NCBI GenBank assembly: GCA_951406725.2
Contig: OX597839.1
Span: 35,464,001-35,528,000, forward strand
Reading direction: 5' to 3'
DNA: 64,000 nt
Source of the DNA: Octopus vulgaris
Taxonomy: Eukaryota
Shown here: positions 1-12,200 of the stretch, piece by piece
Position numbering within the stretch: the first letter of the stretch is position 1
Layout of the letters: each line of letters starts with the position of its first letter
Program-made: the position numbers and the translations under genes
The notes under the pieces: model-generated
The model's database searches: none
What the model was told of the DNA's origin: nothing
Seen by the model: the letters and a program-made list of their open reading frames with translations, nothing else

Positions 1-1016
1 GTAATGGACACAGGTTAAATACCAAGATTTAATGCAAAATTCAACAAGTGGATGGAACACACAAGCAAAAGAGATTAACAGCAAATGGCACGGCCAAACT
101 ATTTGGTGAAGAAATCACAGCTCAATGCTGAAAAATGTTTGAAGTCCAGCAATAATGAATGAGAAACAGATACGAGAGTATTCTCATGATTGTTGTTAAT
201 TACTGGTATCTGATTGAGGCAACGAAGCCAATAATTCTGAAGGGATTGTGGTTGGTTGATACTAGTTGCCTGGTACTTTATTTTTATCCCCCCAGAGAGG
301 GATGGAAAGCAATGTTGGCTCCGATGGGTTTTGAACTCACAATGTAAAGAGTCAGAACAAATACCACAAAGCATTTTTTCTGACGCTCTACCGATTCTGC
401 CAGCTCAACACCTTTTCAAAACCTGACATGATAGTTTCAGATTTAGGCACAAGGCCAGCAATTTTTGAGGGGAGGGATTAGTTAGTCAATATCATCGACC
501 CCAGTAGTATTACTGGTACTTTATTTTATCAACACCCAGATGGATGAAAGGGCAAAGTTCACCTTGGCAGTTTTCGAATTCACAAAGTACAGAATCAGAA
601 CAAAAACACTGCAAAGCGTTTGTTTTTTTGTTTTTTTTTATGTTCTTCCAATTCTGCCAGCCCACCTCCTTACAATTCTTGTCGAGGATAAAATGGTAAC
701 AACAACAACAACAACAACAACATCAACAAGCATGAAAACCATTTCACTCAGAAGATACGACCGGGAAGTTCTTGAAATGTTAATGGACTTGGAAATATAT
801 TGTTCCGAACAAAAAAAAAAAATAAAGAATTAATAAAGAAACGTGGAATAAAATTCTAAGAAAAAATGGTGAAAAGAGGAGCAAAATTATGTTTGGAATT
901 AAATTTTTTTTTTCTATTAGTTCAATAATATTTCTGCTTTTGTTTGGCTGTTTACAAAATTATACTGACTGCTTATACACACACACACATGTATATATAT
1001 ATATATATATATATAT

Positions 1017-1180
1017 AGTTAATCCAAACAAGAAAACACAGAAAAAAACACAGCAACGCGAGGACATGGAACAATTAAAGTATTATTTGACGCTCAGGAA
1101 AGAAGGGAAGGAAGGTTTAACGTTTCCAGCGGAGCTCTTCGTCGGAAACAAGGAGAAGGGAAGACAGAGGAAAAAAATAT
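1017..1180 (-). mobile_element. Short repeat inserted in (TA)n, probably Penelope terminal-repeat-derived
   Basis: Begins gttaatccaaacaagaaa and contains the hammerhead-like segment. Related copies at ~29147-29345, ~29647-29820 (opposite strand), ~42233-42335 and ~53203-53390. Confidence 0.6.
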
Positions 1181-1201
1181 TTTTGCTGGTGGTGCTCAAG
1201 A

Positions 1202-1235
<34 letters not shown>

Positions 1236-1236
1236 G

Positions 1237-1436
1237 TATGAGAGGGATGACCACTATGTGGACAACCCTTATGCTAGGAGTAGATCCAATTTAGCCTTAC
1301 CACTAAGAAATGTTCTCAAGAAAAATTTAGTAAAACAACCAAAACCAGTGTTCTTGAGAACGTTTCTTAGTGCTAAGACCATAGCGGATCTACTTCTAGC
1401 ATAAAGGTTGTCCACATAGTGGTCATCCCTCTCATA
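1237..1436. repeat. Foldback (inverted repeat), ~85-bp arms
   Basis: tatgagagggatgaccactatgtggacaacc...ggttgtccacatagtggtcatccctctcata, flanked by TA-rich sequence. Confidence 0.85.
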
Positions 1437-1680
1437 TGTATATAATACAATTTTACTAAACCTTCAGATTTTTATATGCTAGACCACTCAGCCATGATTA
1501 CGATATCACTTGACTTCTCGGGCAGAGAATATCACCAAAGTTCTTGGTCACATGGCATCACCTCTGCGAGACCCAAATATATATATATATATATGTATAT
1601 ATATACACTGGAGTAAGCACATAAATGTGAAACAAGGTGGAAAAAAAGAGTACTCAAATACCAGAAGTAGAGTAATATGC

Positions 1681-1799
1681 TTTATTTAAAAGCAGCAGAA
1701 ATATAACAAAAGCTGTTACTCAGAGTTTCACATTTCCGTTTGTTGGATATGAAACTCTGAGTATCAGCTTTTGTTATATTTCTGCTGCTTTTAAATAAA
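1681..1799. repeat. Foldback, ~50-bp arms
   Basis: tttatttaaaagcagcagaaatataacaaaagctg...cagcttttgttatatttctgctgcttttaaataaa. Confidence 0.85.
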
Positions 1800-1845
1800 A
1801 TATATATATGTACACACATACACATATGTATATACACACACATAC

Positions 1846-2018
1846 TGTGCCTGGGGAGAGTCATTTTCTTTTTGTGCCTTATTATGTAACACACTCGCCG
1901 GTAAAATTTCCACTTATTTCTTATTTTTATTTTCCTAAAATAAGAAATAAGTGGAAATTTTACCAGTGAGTGTGTTACAATATAAGGCACAAAAAGAAAA
2001 TGACTCTCCCCAGACACA
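1846..2018. repeat. Foldback, ~80-bp arms
   Basis: ctggggagagtcattttctttttgtgcctta...taaggcacaaaaagaaaatgactctccccag. Confidence 0.85.
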
Positions 2019-2274
2019 ACAGAAAATGCTTCAACACACGAACTCACATAAAGAATCTTACAAACCAAATCCAAAAAACGAAACACACACATATATATAT
2101 TATATATACATGTATATATCACCATCGTCATCACCATCATCATTTAATGTCTCTTTTACATGCTGACATGGGTTGGACACTTCAACAGGAACTGCTGAAC
2201 CAGTGGATTGCACTGAGCTGTGTGTGTGTGTGATCGTGTAACTGTGTGTATGTATAAGAATCCTGCATGTGTAA

Positions 2275-2681
2275 TCTTTATATATAAAAGTGAGGTTGTG
2301 TGCTGTCTGTCTGTCTCCTGCGATTTAGATTCCTAACTACTCCCACATTTTGCGGTGCAGTGTAACCAAAAGCGGGTATCTTATAGTCGTGATTCATATC
2401 GAGCCCTTCTGGGTATTAGCGCGCGTCTACGATGAGTCTACGATTTAAAAAAAAATTTACCATCAATTTTCCCCATTTTTTAATGCATTTTTTTACTATT
2501 ATATAAGGGAAGTAACTCTCTAAAAATGTATTATTAAATCTCAGAACATAAAAAGCTACAGTAACACCCTCCCCCCTTTGTGGTTAACCATATTGAGATG
2601 GCTATTATACTTTACATCTCTAAAAATGCTTATATAGTTATTTCCCCTACAAACCCGAGCAACGCCGGGCGATACTGCTAG
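2275..2681 (+). mobile_element. Non-autonomous Helitron, copy 1
   Basis: 5' TC, 3' CTAG with subterminal hairpin cccgagcaacgccggg; inserted between A and T with no TSD. Near-identical copy at 13022-13421. Confidence 0.8.
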
Positions 2682-2980
2682 TGTGTTATACATTTCTTAA
2701 CAATAGAAGAGCCAAAACAAAAGACAAAAAACAAAAAAAAAAAGCCAGTAGAACAACTCCAAACCCAGCTTCTAGTTCACTGGAACGAATGGAGGACAAA
2801 CCAGACCAGACCAAACATCACAGAGAATTTATCCATATTCCTTCTTCAAATTAACCTAGAAACATTTAGATACAGTGGCAGTATTTATTTATTTTACATT
2901 AAAAATATTTCCTATTACTGTTATACACACACACGTCCATATATGTGTGTTTTTGTGTTGCTTTGGTGGAAAACATAATA

Positions 2981-3395
2981 CTCTCTCTCGTTTACTTTTA
3001 CTTGTTTCAGTCATTTGACTGCAGCCATGCTGGAGCACCGCCTTTAGTCGAGCAAATCGACCCCGGGACTTATTCTTTGTAAGCCTAGTACTTATTCTAT
3101 CGGTCTCTTTTTTGCCGAACCGCTAAGTAACGGGGACATAAACACACCAGCATCGGTTGTCAAGCAATGATAGGGGGACAACACAGACACACACATACAT
3201 ACATATACACATATATATATATACATATATACGACAGGCTTCTTTCAGTTTCTGTCTACCAAATCCACTCACAAGGCATTGGTCGGCCCGGGGCTATAGT
3301 AGAAGACACTTGCCCAAGGTGTCATGCAGTGGGACTGAACCCAGAACCATGTGGTTGGTAAGCAAGCTACTTACCACACAGCCACTCCTATGCCT
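2981..3395 (-). mobile_element. tRNA-derived SINE family A (resembles octopus OR-type/CORE SINEs)
   Basis: Head GGAGTGGCTGTGTGGTAAG...GGTTCAGTCCC (A/B boxes), CCTTGGGCAAG core and internal microsatellite. Other minus copies at ~7497-7880, 8590-9007, 12338-12708, 17140-17426, 30288-30610, 32598-33003, 35298-35778, 40603-40984 and 63110-63460. Confidence 0.85.
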
Positions 3396-3587
3396 ATTTA
3401 TTTTACATTAAAAATATTTCTAATTACTTTGTTATACACACACACACACACGTCCATATATGTGTGTGTGTTTGAGTTGCTTTGGTGGAAAACATAATAG
3501 TGTATGATATGCATGTATGGAGTGTGAATAAATAGGGTCAATATATACATCTATGTGTGTGTGTGCGCATATGTGTATGTGAATATA

Positions 3588-4220
3588 GTGGAGCCGCAAT
3601 AGCCCAGTGGTTAAGCCAGTGGACTCGAGGTTGTAGGATTGCGGTTTCGATTCCCAGACTGGGCATTGTGAGTGTTTATTGAGCGAAAACACCTAAAAAG
3701 CCCCATGAGGCTCTGGCAGGGGGTGGTGGCGAACCCTACTGTACTCTTTCACCACAGCTTTCTCTCACTCTTTCTTCCTTCTCTGTTGTACCTGTATTTC
3801 AAAGGGCCAGACCTGTCACACTCTGTGTCACGCTGAATCTCCCCAAGAACTGCGTTAATGGTGCATGTGTCTGTGGTGTACTCAGCCACTTGCACATTAA
3901 TTTCACAAGTAGTGCGTGATTATTGAGCGAAAACACCTAAAAGCTCCACGAGGCTCCGGTAGGGGGTGGTGGCGAACCCTGATGTCCTCTTTCACCATAA
4001 CCAATCTCTCACTCTTTCTTCCTGTTTCTGTTGTACCTGTATTTTCAAAGGGAGCCAGCCTTGTCACTCTCTGTGTCACGCTGAATCTCTCCGAGACCTA
4101 CGTTAAGGGTACACGTGTCTGTGGAGTGCTCAGCCACTTGCACATTAATCTCACAAGCAGGCTGTTCCGATGATCGAACCAACTGCAACCCTCGTCATCA
4201 TAACCGACAGAGTGCCACAG
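3588..4220 (+). mobile_element. tRNA-derived SINE family E with duplicated body
   Basis: A box tagcccagtgg and B box gtttcgattccc; body repeats from ~3918. Minus copy at ~56290-56602 and head only at ~17071-17135. Confidence 0.75.
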
Positions 4221-5863
4221 CATGTGCACATGAATGTGTATATATTCTTATGTATGTGTGTGCCAGTGTAGCTGCGTGTACATGTGTGTATGCTTGATGC
4301 AGTCTAATGTATATAGAACTATTACTATGGTACTTAATTTATCGACCCTGAAAGGATGAAAGGCAAAGCTGACCTCGGCCAACGTGATAACTGTAAACCT
4401 ACTTTTGGGCCATCCTGTATGCGGGTGTGTATATATATATACAGACATACACACACATATATATTTACACAAACACACACAAATATATATATATATATAT
4501 ATAAATCCTTAAAAATGTTTTAGCCCGAAGGCCGCGGCCATGCTGGGGCACCACCGCTGAATGAGCTACACTAATTTGTGAATCCACCTCTGATACGTGG
4601 CACTTGATCAACAAGGGAGTTCGATGCTGCTGCCCGCATTCGCATCTCCTGTCGTGAGGTAGGTTCATCTGGGACTCCCGACAAGAAGAGATCCAGTTTA
4701 GTTTTAAAGAAACCCACATCCACACATATATATATATATAAGATAGAAATTTAATATATATATATGTAAGATATATATAAAATTTCTTACATAATATATA
4801 TAAGATAGAAATTTAAATGTAATAAAATGTTTTAAAAGAAATTTAAAATGCCTACGTGATAACTGTAAACCTACTTTTGGGCCAACCTGTATATGTATGT
4901 GTGTGTATATATATATACATACACACACAGACGCACATAGACTTATTATTAATCAATTATAATTTGAGACCAGTTTAAATAAAATATCTAAGGACAAACC
5001 ACTTGACCCTTGAGTCACTCAATTATTTCTGTCAATGAATAATATATATTATATATAATGAATAAGCATCATCATCATCATCGTCCTATGTCTGCTTCCT
5101 ATGCTGGCAGGAGTTGGACAGTTTGTCATAGTCTGTATCTTCTGACTTGGAGTTATAGAACCCCCAGATGGGGGCAGAGGGAGCATGTCTTGCTTATAAA
5201 CATTGCATTTTTGGCACCATTTCTATGGTTGCATGCCTATCCTAATGCCAAACACTTCTCAGAATGTATTGTGTACATTTATCATGGCACCAGCTCTAAA
5301 GAGTTTGCTTTGCCCTCAGCAATGCCAAAGAGTCTCCTTTACTGTGTATATTAGATCTATTTATTCAGGGCATCTCTGACTAAGAGGGTGAACAGAAGAG
5401 TGAGTGATGATAGAGAGAGAATGAAAGAAGAGAGTGTGGGTATGACTGGAGAAATAGTGAGAGTGAGAAAGGAGAGAGAGAGAAAGGGAGAGAGAGAGAA
5501 AAAGGAAGAGAGAAGGAAAGGGAGAGAGAGAGAGAGAGAAAGAAAGGGAGAGAGAGAGAAAAGAAGAGAGAAAGAAAGGGAGAGAGAGAGAGAAAGGAAG
5601 AGAGAAAGAAAGGGAGAGAGAGAGAGAAAGGAAGAGAGAAAGAAAGGGAGAGAGAGAGAAAGAAAGGGAGAGAGAGAGAGAGAGAGCAGGATGGAGTATT
5701 GAAAGAGAGACATTAGACAGCAGCTACATGATGGTTGTTTGTGGAGACATTGAATATAAAAACAGCATACAGGGATGGTGGTGGTGGTGGTGTTATGTGT
5801 CTGGATTTGTAATTATGATAGTGTAAAAACCAGTGTTATTTATGCTGTGTCTACATTACGTAC

Positions 5864-5958
5864 CTTGGAGATTTGATAAGACAAAGATTAAAACAATAAA
5901 CAAATACCATAACTGAAGCAACTGCAAAGATTGATAGGATCAGCCAAAACCACCTTCG
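5864..5958 (-). CDS. Putative isolated exon encoding a transmembrane segment
   Basis: ttcttttag acceptor and AAG|gtacgt donor. The only open frame gives RRWFWLILSIFAVASVMVFVYCFNLCLIKSP. No homology recognised. Confidence 0.35.
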
Positions 5959-6294
5959 CTAAAAGAAATTACATGTGTGTGTGTGTGTGTGTACATGTTA
6001 TATATATTTGTACGTATGTTTGCACGTATATACATGTCTGTATATATCTATATGTGTATGTTTATGTTTGTATATATGGGTGTGTGTACATGTGTATATA
6101 TATTTGTATGCATGTATATATTAATGTCTGTATATATGTGCGTGTGTGTGTGTGTGTGTGTATATTATATATATTTGTACGTATGTTTGCATGTATATAC
6201 ATGTCTGTATATATATATATGTATATGTCTGTATATAAGTGTGTTTGTGTACGTTATATATATTTGTATCTGTTTGCATGTATATACAAATCTG

Positions 6295-6355
<61 letters not shown>

Positions 6356-6378
6356 ATGTTTATGTCTGTATATATGTA

Positions 6379-6668
6379 AAAAGCACCATCCGTTTGTGGC
6401 CATTGCCAGCCTCGCCTGGCCCCAGTGCCGGTGGCACATAAAAAGCACCATCCGATCGTGGCCGTTTGCCAGACTTGTCTGGCAGCTGTGCCGGTGGGAC
6501 GTAAAAAGCACCCACTACACTCACAGAGTGGTTGGCGTTAGGAAGGGCATCCAGCCGTAGAAACATTGCCAGATCAAACTGGGCCTGGTGCAGCCTTCTG
6601 GCTTCCCGGACCCCAGTTGAACCGTCCAACCCATGCTAGCATGGAAAGCGGACGCTAAACGATGATGA
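6379..6668 (+). mobile_element. RTE-tail repeat family C
   Basis: gttggcgttaggaagggcatccagc...(gat)n tail. Other copies at ~20519-20810, 23790-24110, 49078-49600, 49884-50072, 54294-54800 and 57270-57775. Confidence 0.7.
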
Positions 6669-7900
6669 TATATGTATATGTTTATGTCTGTATATACGTG
6701 TGTGTGTGTGTGTGTATACATGTTTTTGTGTTTATATGTATGTCTGTGTATATACATGTTATTTGTATGTTTGTGTATATATACGTGTGGGTACGTATAT
6801 GTTTGTCTGTGTATATATATATGTATGTGAGAGAGAGAGAGCATACATTTGTTTGAGTGTGTGAGAGAGAGATTATCTGCCCAGCTTAGACCCCCTAATC
6901 CTTTCCTTACCATATTTCCGTTGATATACTCTGCCTTTCTTTCAATTAATCATGAAATTAAAGAAGAATTTAACAAAGTAACTTTGGCCTTATCAAGCTG
7001 GTGTTTGGGACATGAACTAACATGAAATTTTGATGGAAGAAGGGATTAATTTAGATAACTTTAAACTGGAAGGCTGTATCATGGAAGCAGAGAATTGCTA
7101 TCAGGTGTGTCGGTATCAAAAGGGGTTAAACAGTGTGTACGTACATTTATATATATACATACACACACACAAACACTCTGTATATACATACATATATATA
7201 TATACACACAAACACATACCATGTACATACATACATATATATAGATAGATAGATAGATATACACACACATACCCTGTGTATACATATATATATATATGTA
7301 TATATATTTTAGCAAACGGGTTTTGGGGTCTGATGATATGCCATAAAGCCAGGCCCTTTATGGATGTAAAATCTAAGGTAATCTCATAAACCAGCCTTAT
7401 CTAACTTCAATATATACTCCTCTATAACTTAGAGTGTGCTTCTTTTCTTGGATTTATGTTTACAGACAATTATATATATATATATATATATATATACTCT
7501 TTTTTTTACTTGTTTCAATCATTTGACTGCGGCCATGCTGGAGCACCACCTTTAGTCGAGCAAATCGACCCCGGGACTTATTCTTTTTGTAAGCCCAGTA
7601 CTTATTCTATCGGTCTCTTTTTGCCGAACCGCTAAGTGACGGGGACGTAAACACACCAGCATCGGTTGTCAAGCAATTTTAGGGGGACAAACACAGACAC
7701 ACATATACATATATACGACGGGCTTCTTTCAGTTTCCATCTACCAAATCCACTCACAAAAACATTGGTCGGCCCGGGGCTATAGTAGAAGACACTTGCCC
7801 AAGATGCCACGCAGTGGGACTGAACCCGGAACCATGTGGTTGGTTAGCAAGCTGCTTATCACACAGCCACTCCTGCGCCTATATATATATATATATATAT

Positions 7901-8359
7901 ATTATTTACATTTGATGGATATTTGTCCCTCATCTTGTTTGTTGTTAACACGTTTCGGCTGATATACCCTCCAGCCTTCATCAGGTGTCTTGGGGAAATT
8001 TCAAACCTGGGTTCTCATTCTTAAGGTATTTTTTGATGTTGTTGTTGTTATTATTATTATTATTATCATTCAGGTCACTGCCTGGAATCGAACTAGGAAT
8101 CTTGGAGTTATATGCCCGTGGGCATATGGCGTAGTGGTTAAGAGCACGGGCTACTAGCCCCAAGATGCCGAATTCAATTCCAGGCAGTAACCTGAATAAT
8201 AATAATAACAACAACAACAACAACGAAAAATACCTTCGGAATGAGAACCCAGGTTTGAAATTCCCCCAAGGCACCTGATGAAGGCAGGAGGGTGTATAAA
8301 CCGAAATGTTGTGTTAACAACAAGATGAGGACAAATATCCGTCAACTGTAAATAATGTA
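7901..8359. mobile_element. Head-to-head inverted dimer of a tRNA-headed SINE carrying a Penelope-type hammerhead motif
   Basis: The arms are reverse complements about the centre atatgccc-gt-gggcatat (8110-8127). A box TGGCGTAGTGG at 8127-8137 and B box GTTCGATTCC at 8084-8093 (minus). CTGATGA...GAAA motif in each arm. Another copy of the head at ~12190-12268. Confidence 0.75.
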
Positions 8360-10687
8360 GAAAGTGAGCAGATCACCAATTATGACCTTCTCCCAAGGAG
8401 AAAGAATATTAATTCCAAGAAACTAGGAATATATTCATCAATTTAATTTATAGGCTGATCTCTGTCAGAGGCAAGGGGAGATAATTATGCGTATGTAGGC
8501 CTCATCAGCAAAGTACAGCTTCAACTTGCTTCGTAAGATTTTTAAAAAAAAGAACACTTTTAGGCAAAGGTAATTTGCATATCTTTTATATTTTCCTTGC
8601 TTCAGTCATTGGACTCTGGCCATGCTGGAGCACTGCCTTGAAGGATTTAGCTGAACAAATCACTCCTGGTACTGATTTTTAAAGCCAGGTACTTATTCTG
8701 TCGGTTTCTTTGCTGAGCCACTAAGTCACAGATGTTGGTTTGTTTAGATGGATATAAACAAACCAACACCAGTTATCAAGCGATCGGGATGATGGAGGAC
8801 AAACACAAAGGCAAACACGCGTGCACACACTCACATGTATGACGGGCTTCCATACAGTTTCTCTTACCAAATTAACTCACAAGGCATTGGTTGGCTCTGA
8901 GCTACAGTAAAAGACATTTGACCAAGGTGCTGTACGGTGGGATCGAACCTGAAACCCCATGGCTGCAAGCAAAGTGAGCTTCTTAACCGCACAGCCATGG
9001 GTATGCCTAATTTGCATAATTAAAAACTACGAAGAGCAAAAAGCAACAAATGCAAGATGTGAATATATTTGTGTGGGAGATCGATGGGGGTGGAATCAAT
9101 GGGATGGGATTGAAATTCAAAAGAGCCTGACTGACAAAAGCTGATACCCCAGCATCCATGGAAAACTTAGTTTCAGCCAATGAGGTGTCAGCTGACTGAA
9201 TTACATTACCTATACTCTACTTCTAGAATTGAGTACATTTTCTCCTGTTTGTCACTGCTATACTTACACACAAACACACACATGTATAAATTTCAGGTCT
9301 GATGAGAATGATTAAGGGCTAGATGTTTCATTAATTAACTGATTAATTATGCACATGAACCAATGAAAAGCATTGAAAGAGTTCCCCTAGCCACCCAAAA
9401 CGGTAAAGTCAGGTACAACAAAATTTTCATACACAGGTAAGTGAAGGTGCATGGCCTAGTGTTCAGCGTGTTACATTCGAGATCGCAAGATCAGGGTTTC
9501 AATTCCCAAACTGAGCGGTACATTGTGTTCATGAGCTAAACATTGCTTTTTCATGTTGCTCTGCTACCATTTTGACACCTGACGCATGTGGCACACTTGC
9601 ACACCTGTACAGGTAATGTCAGTTCGATGGAGGGAGTGAGCTAATGTGTAACACAAACATTTGATCCCTGTAAACAAATCATCTGTACAGGTTTTTCACC
9701 AAGAAATTGCAGAACTTGTGGGGAGCTGACCAGAACTTGGGGCTGACCGGAAGAGGAGGGGCAGGAATGACACGCGCGCAGGCAGGGGACTATTGGGCCT
9801 TTTCAATTGGGGTAGCCGACAGAGCTGGACATGTGAGCGCTTTGTCAAGGTAGGGGAAAAGCAGCTGCTTTTTCTAGCGCTCGGGTCAGGCCACGTGGAA
9901 GGGTGCATTACCGCTGGGGAGGTCTGCATCAATGAAGAGAAGGTAGGTGTCCTTATTTCAAATCTCCCACATACACCACAGAACCATCATCCATCATTTA
10001 ACGACAGGAGAGCCCATAATATGTGTGTGTGTGTGTGTGTGTAATGTACTGTTCTGTGATGGTAAAATCAAGAAAAAAAATACTCCGTCTAATGGGAGGT
10101 ATTATTTAATATTATTTAGCTCATTATATCATGTGGGCTGTGCCTGATGACTGTACCAAGATGTCAGACGCATCATAAAACATTGTTTGACATGTTCTCG
10201 GCACATGAAACTATTAATAGCTCGTAAAAAAAAAAACATGTATTGTGTTTATCAAATAATATATATATGTATATATTTACACACATATTATACATGTAAA
10301 CACATACACACATATATTGGAGATGTACTTGTCTGGGAATTACATACACAAACACATACAAAACAGGCATGGATGTAAAGATAAGAAGTCTGTTTCAGAA
10401 CTACAGGGTTCAGGGTTCGTTCCCACAGCAGACATGGTTGGTGCTTTCTAAATACCGATATGGATTGACATATGGTTTTTGAGTGGAATTGGGGGGACAG
10501 AACAGAACCTGAAAGAAGCATTATGCGTGTGTTTGTGCACACATATATATGTATATGTGAGTATGTCTGTGTGTGTGTGTATATATATGTAACGGGAAAG
10601 TTTATGAAAATAAACAAAAGACGAAGGCAGGTGGGAAACAAACAAACAAATGTATTAGTATAGCGCTCAGGAATAGAAATAGGAAAA

Positions 10688-10727
10688 GTCTTTTACGTTT
10701 CGAGCCTACGCTCTTCGACAGAAAGAC
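10688..10727 (-). ncRNA. Hammerhead-like motif with variant core
   Basis: GUCUUU-CUGUCGA-A-GAGC(guag)GCUC-GAA-ACGU-A-AAAGAC: 6-bp stem I that differs from the 29720 copy but still pairs. Core is CUGUCGA, not CUGAnGA. Confidence 0.55.
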
Positions 10728-12158
10728 ACACAGAAAAAAACAAGGAGAGAATATATATATGTATATATTTATCTGTGTGTGTGTGAGAGAGTGCATTTAT
10801 TTATGCTTGTGTGTATATGCAAACCTCTTTTCATGACAAACATTCTAGTTGTAAACAAAACCCACCAGCATACAAACGAGGTCCTTCGTTTAGGTTCTTC
10901 CGTGACAGCATTTCCAGCTGCTGAGAAGTTCATTATTCAAAGAGCTACAGAAAATATTACCTTATTTGGAAGCAGACGAAGGTTGGTAACAGGAAGAGCA
11001 TCTGGCCGTAGAAAAATTTTCACATCAAATTTTGTCAGACCTATGCAAGCATGGAAAAGTGACCATTAAAACAATTACACACACACACACACACACACAC
11101 AGACTCACACACATGCAGATACATAGATTTTATTTTACATACATTGCAGAATTATTCAACACTTTATATACACACAGAGTGCAAGAGAAAACAAATGCAT
11201 CTATGATGCACATGCATTGATGCACATAAATATATATAAGTATATAATTTTCTTTATTTTTTTTTTTAATTATTTCTTTTTTACAAACAGGAAGCTTTGA
11301 AGTAATTATGGGACGGAAAAATGAGAGATCACTACAGAACGACTACTGACACACACACACACATATATACATATATATATATGTATGTGTGTGCATGCGT
11401 CTGTGTATGGTGTGTTGGAGTGTGTGAACTAAATGAAGAAGAGAATATGCAATCCAAACTGCAGAACTATTTCTTTGTTTACTGGAAGCTGGAATTTCCC
11501 ATTTGAGAATTTTTGTTCCACTTTCTGGTCTTTTCCTTTGTGGCAAGAGATCTTAGAGTGGGAAGTAAGCCGTTTCTGCTGCCGTGACGGCTCACAACCT
11601 ATTGACCTATTCAGAGCCTATATCAGTGGTTCACTATTTATTTACTGCCCACAAGTGGGCTAAACACAGAGAGGACAAACAAGGACAGACAAACGGATTA
11701 AGTCGATTACATCGACCCCAGTGCGCAACTGGTACTCAATTTATCGACCCCGAAAGGATGAAAGGCAAAGTCGACCTCGGCAGAATTTGAACTCAGAACG
11801 TAGCGGCAGACAAAATACCTATTTCTTTACTACCCACAAGGGGCTACACACAGAGAGGACAAACAAGGACAGACAAATGGATTAAGTCGATTACATCGAC
11901 CCCAGTGCGTAACTGGTACTCAATTTATCGACCCCGAAAGGATGAAAGGCAAAGTCGACCTCGGCGGAATTTGAACTCAGAACGTAGCAGTAGACGAAAT
12001 ACGGTTACGCATTTCGCCCGGCGTGCTAACGTTTCTGCCATTATATCACTGGTTCTCAACCAGGGATCCACATGACCCTTGGCAGGGTCCACATAAGATT
12101 TTACTGTTAAAATTTATCAGCAATAAATTGGTTATATTCCTATGATACACAAAATATT

Positions 12159-12200
<42 letters not shown>

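Noticed and set aside
3157-3411. Recurrent short ORFs such as QASFSFRLPNPLTR...MWLVSKLLTTQPLL and RPRKDERQSRPRRNLNSE
   Set aside because: These are translations of SINE families A and B, not a protein family.
8120-8195. tRNA gene
   Set aside because: A/B boxes are present, but there is no convincing acceptor stem and it continues into a dispersed repeat body. Treated as a SINE head.
9696-10000. GC-rich segment with short ORFs on both strands
   Set aside because: No recognisable motif and no convincing donor site. Probably a decayed retroelement fragment.
11425-11600. Alternative last exon for the ARF-like gene (open frame CEPSRQQKR...LHILFFI)
   Set aside because: The phase fits, but the acceptor has no pyrimidine tract and using it would remove G5 and helix 5. 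The region looks like UTR.
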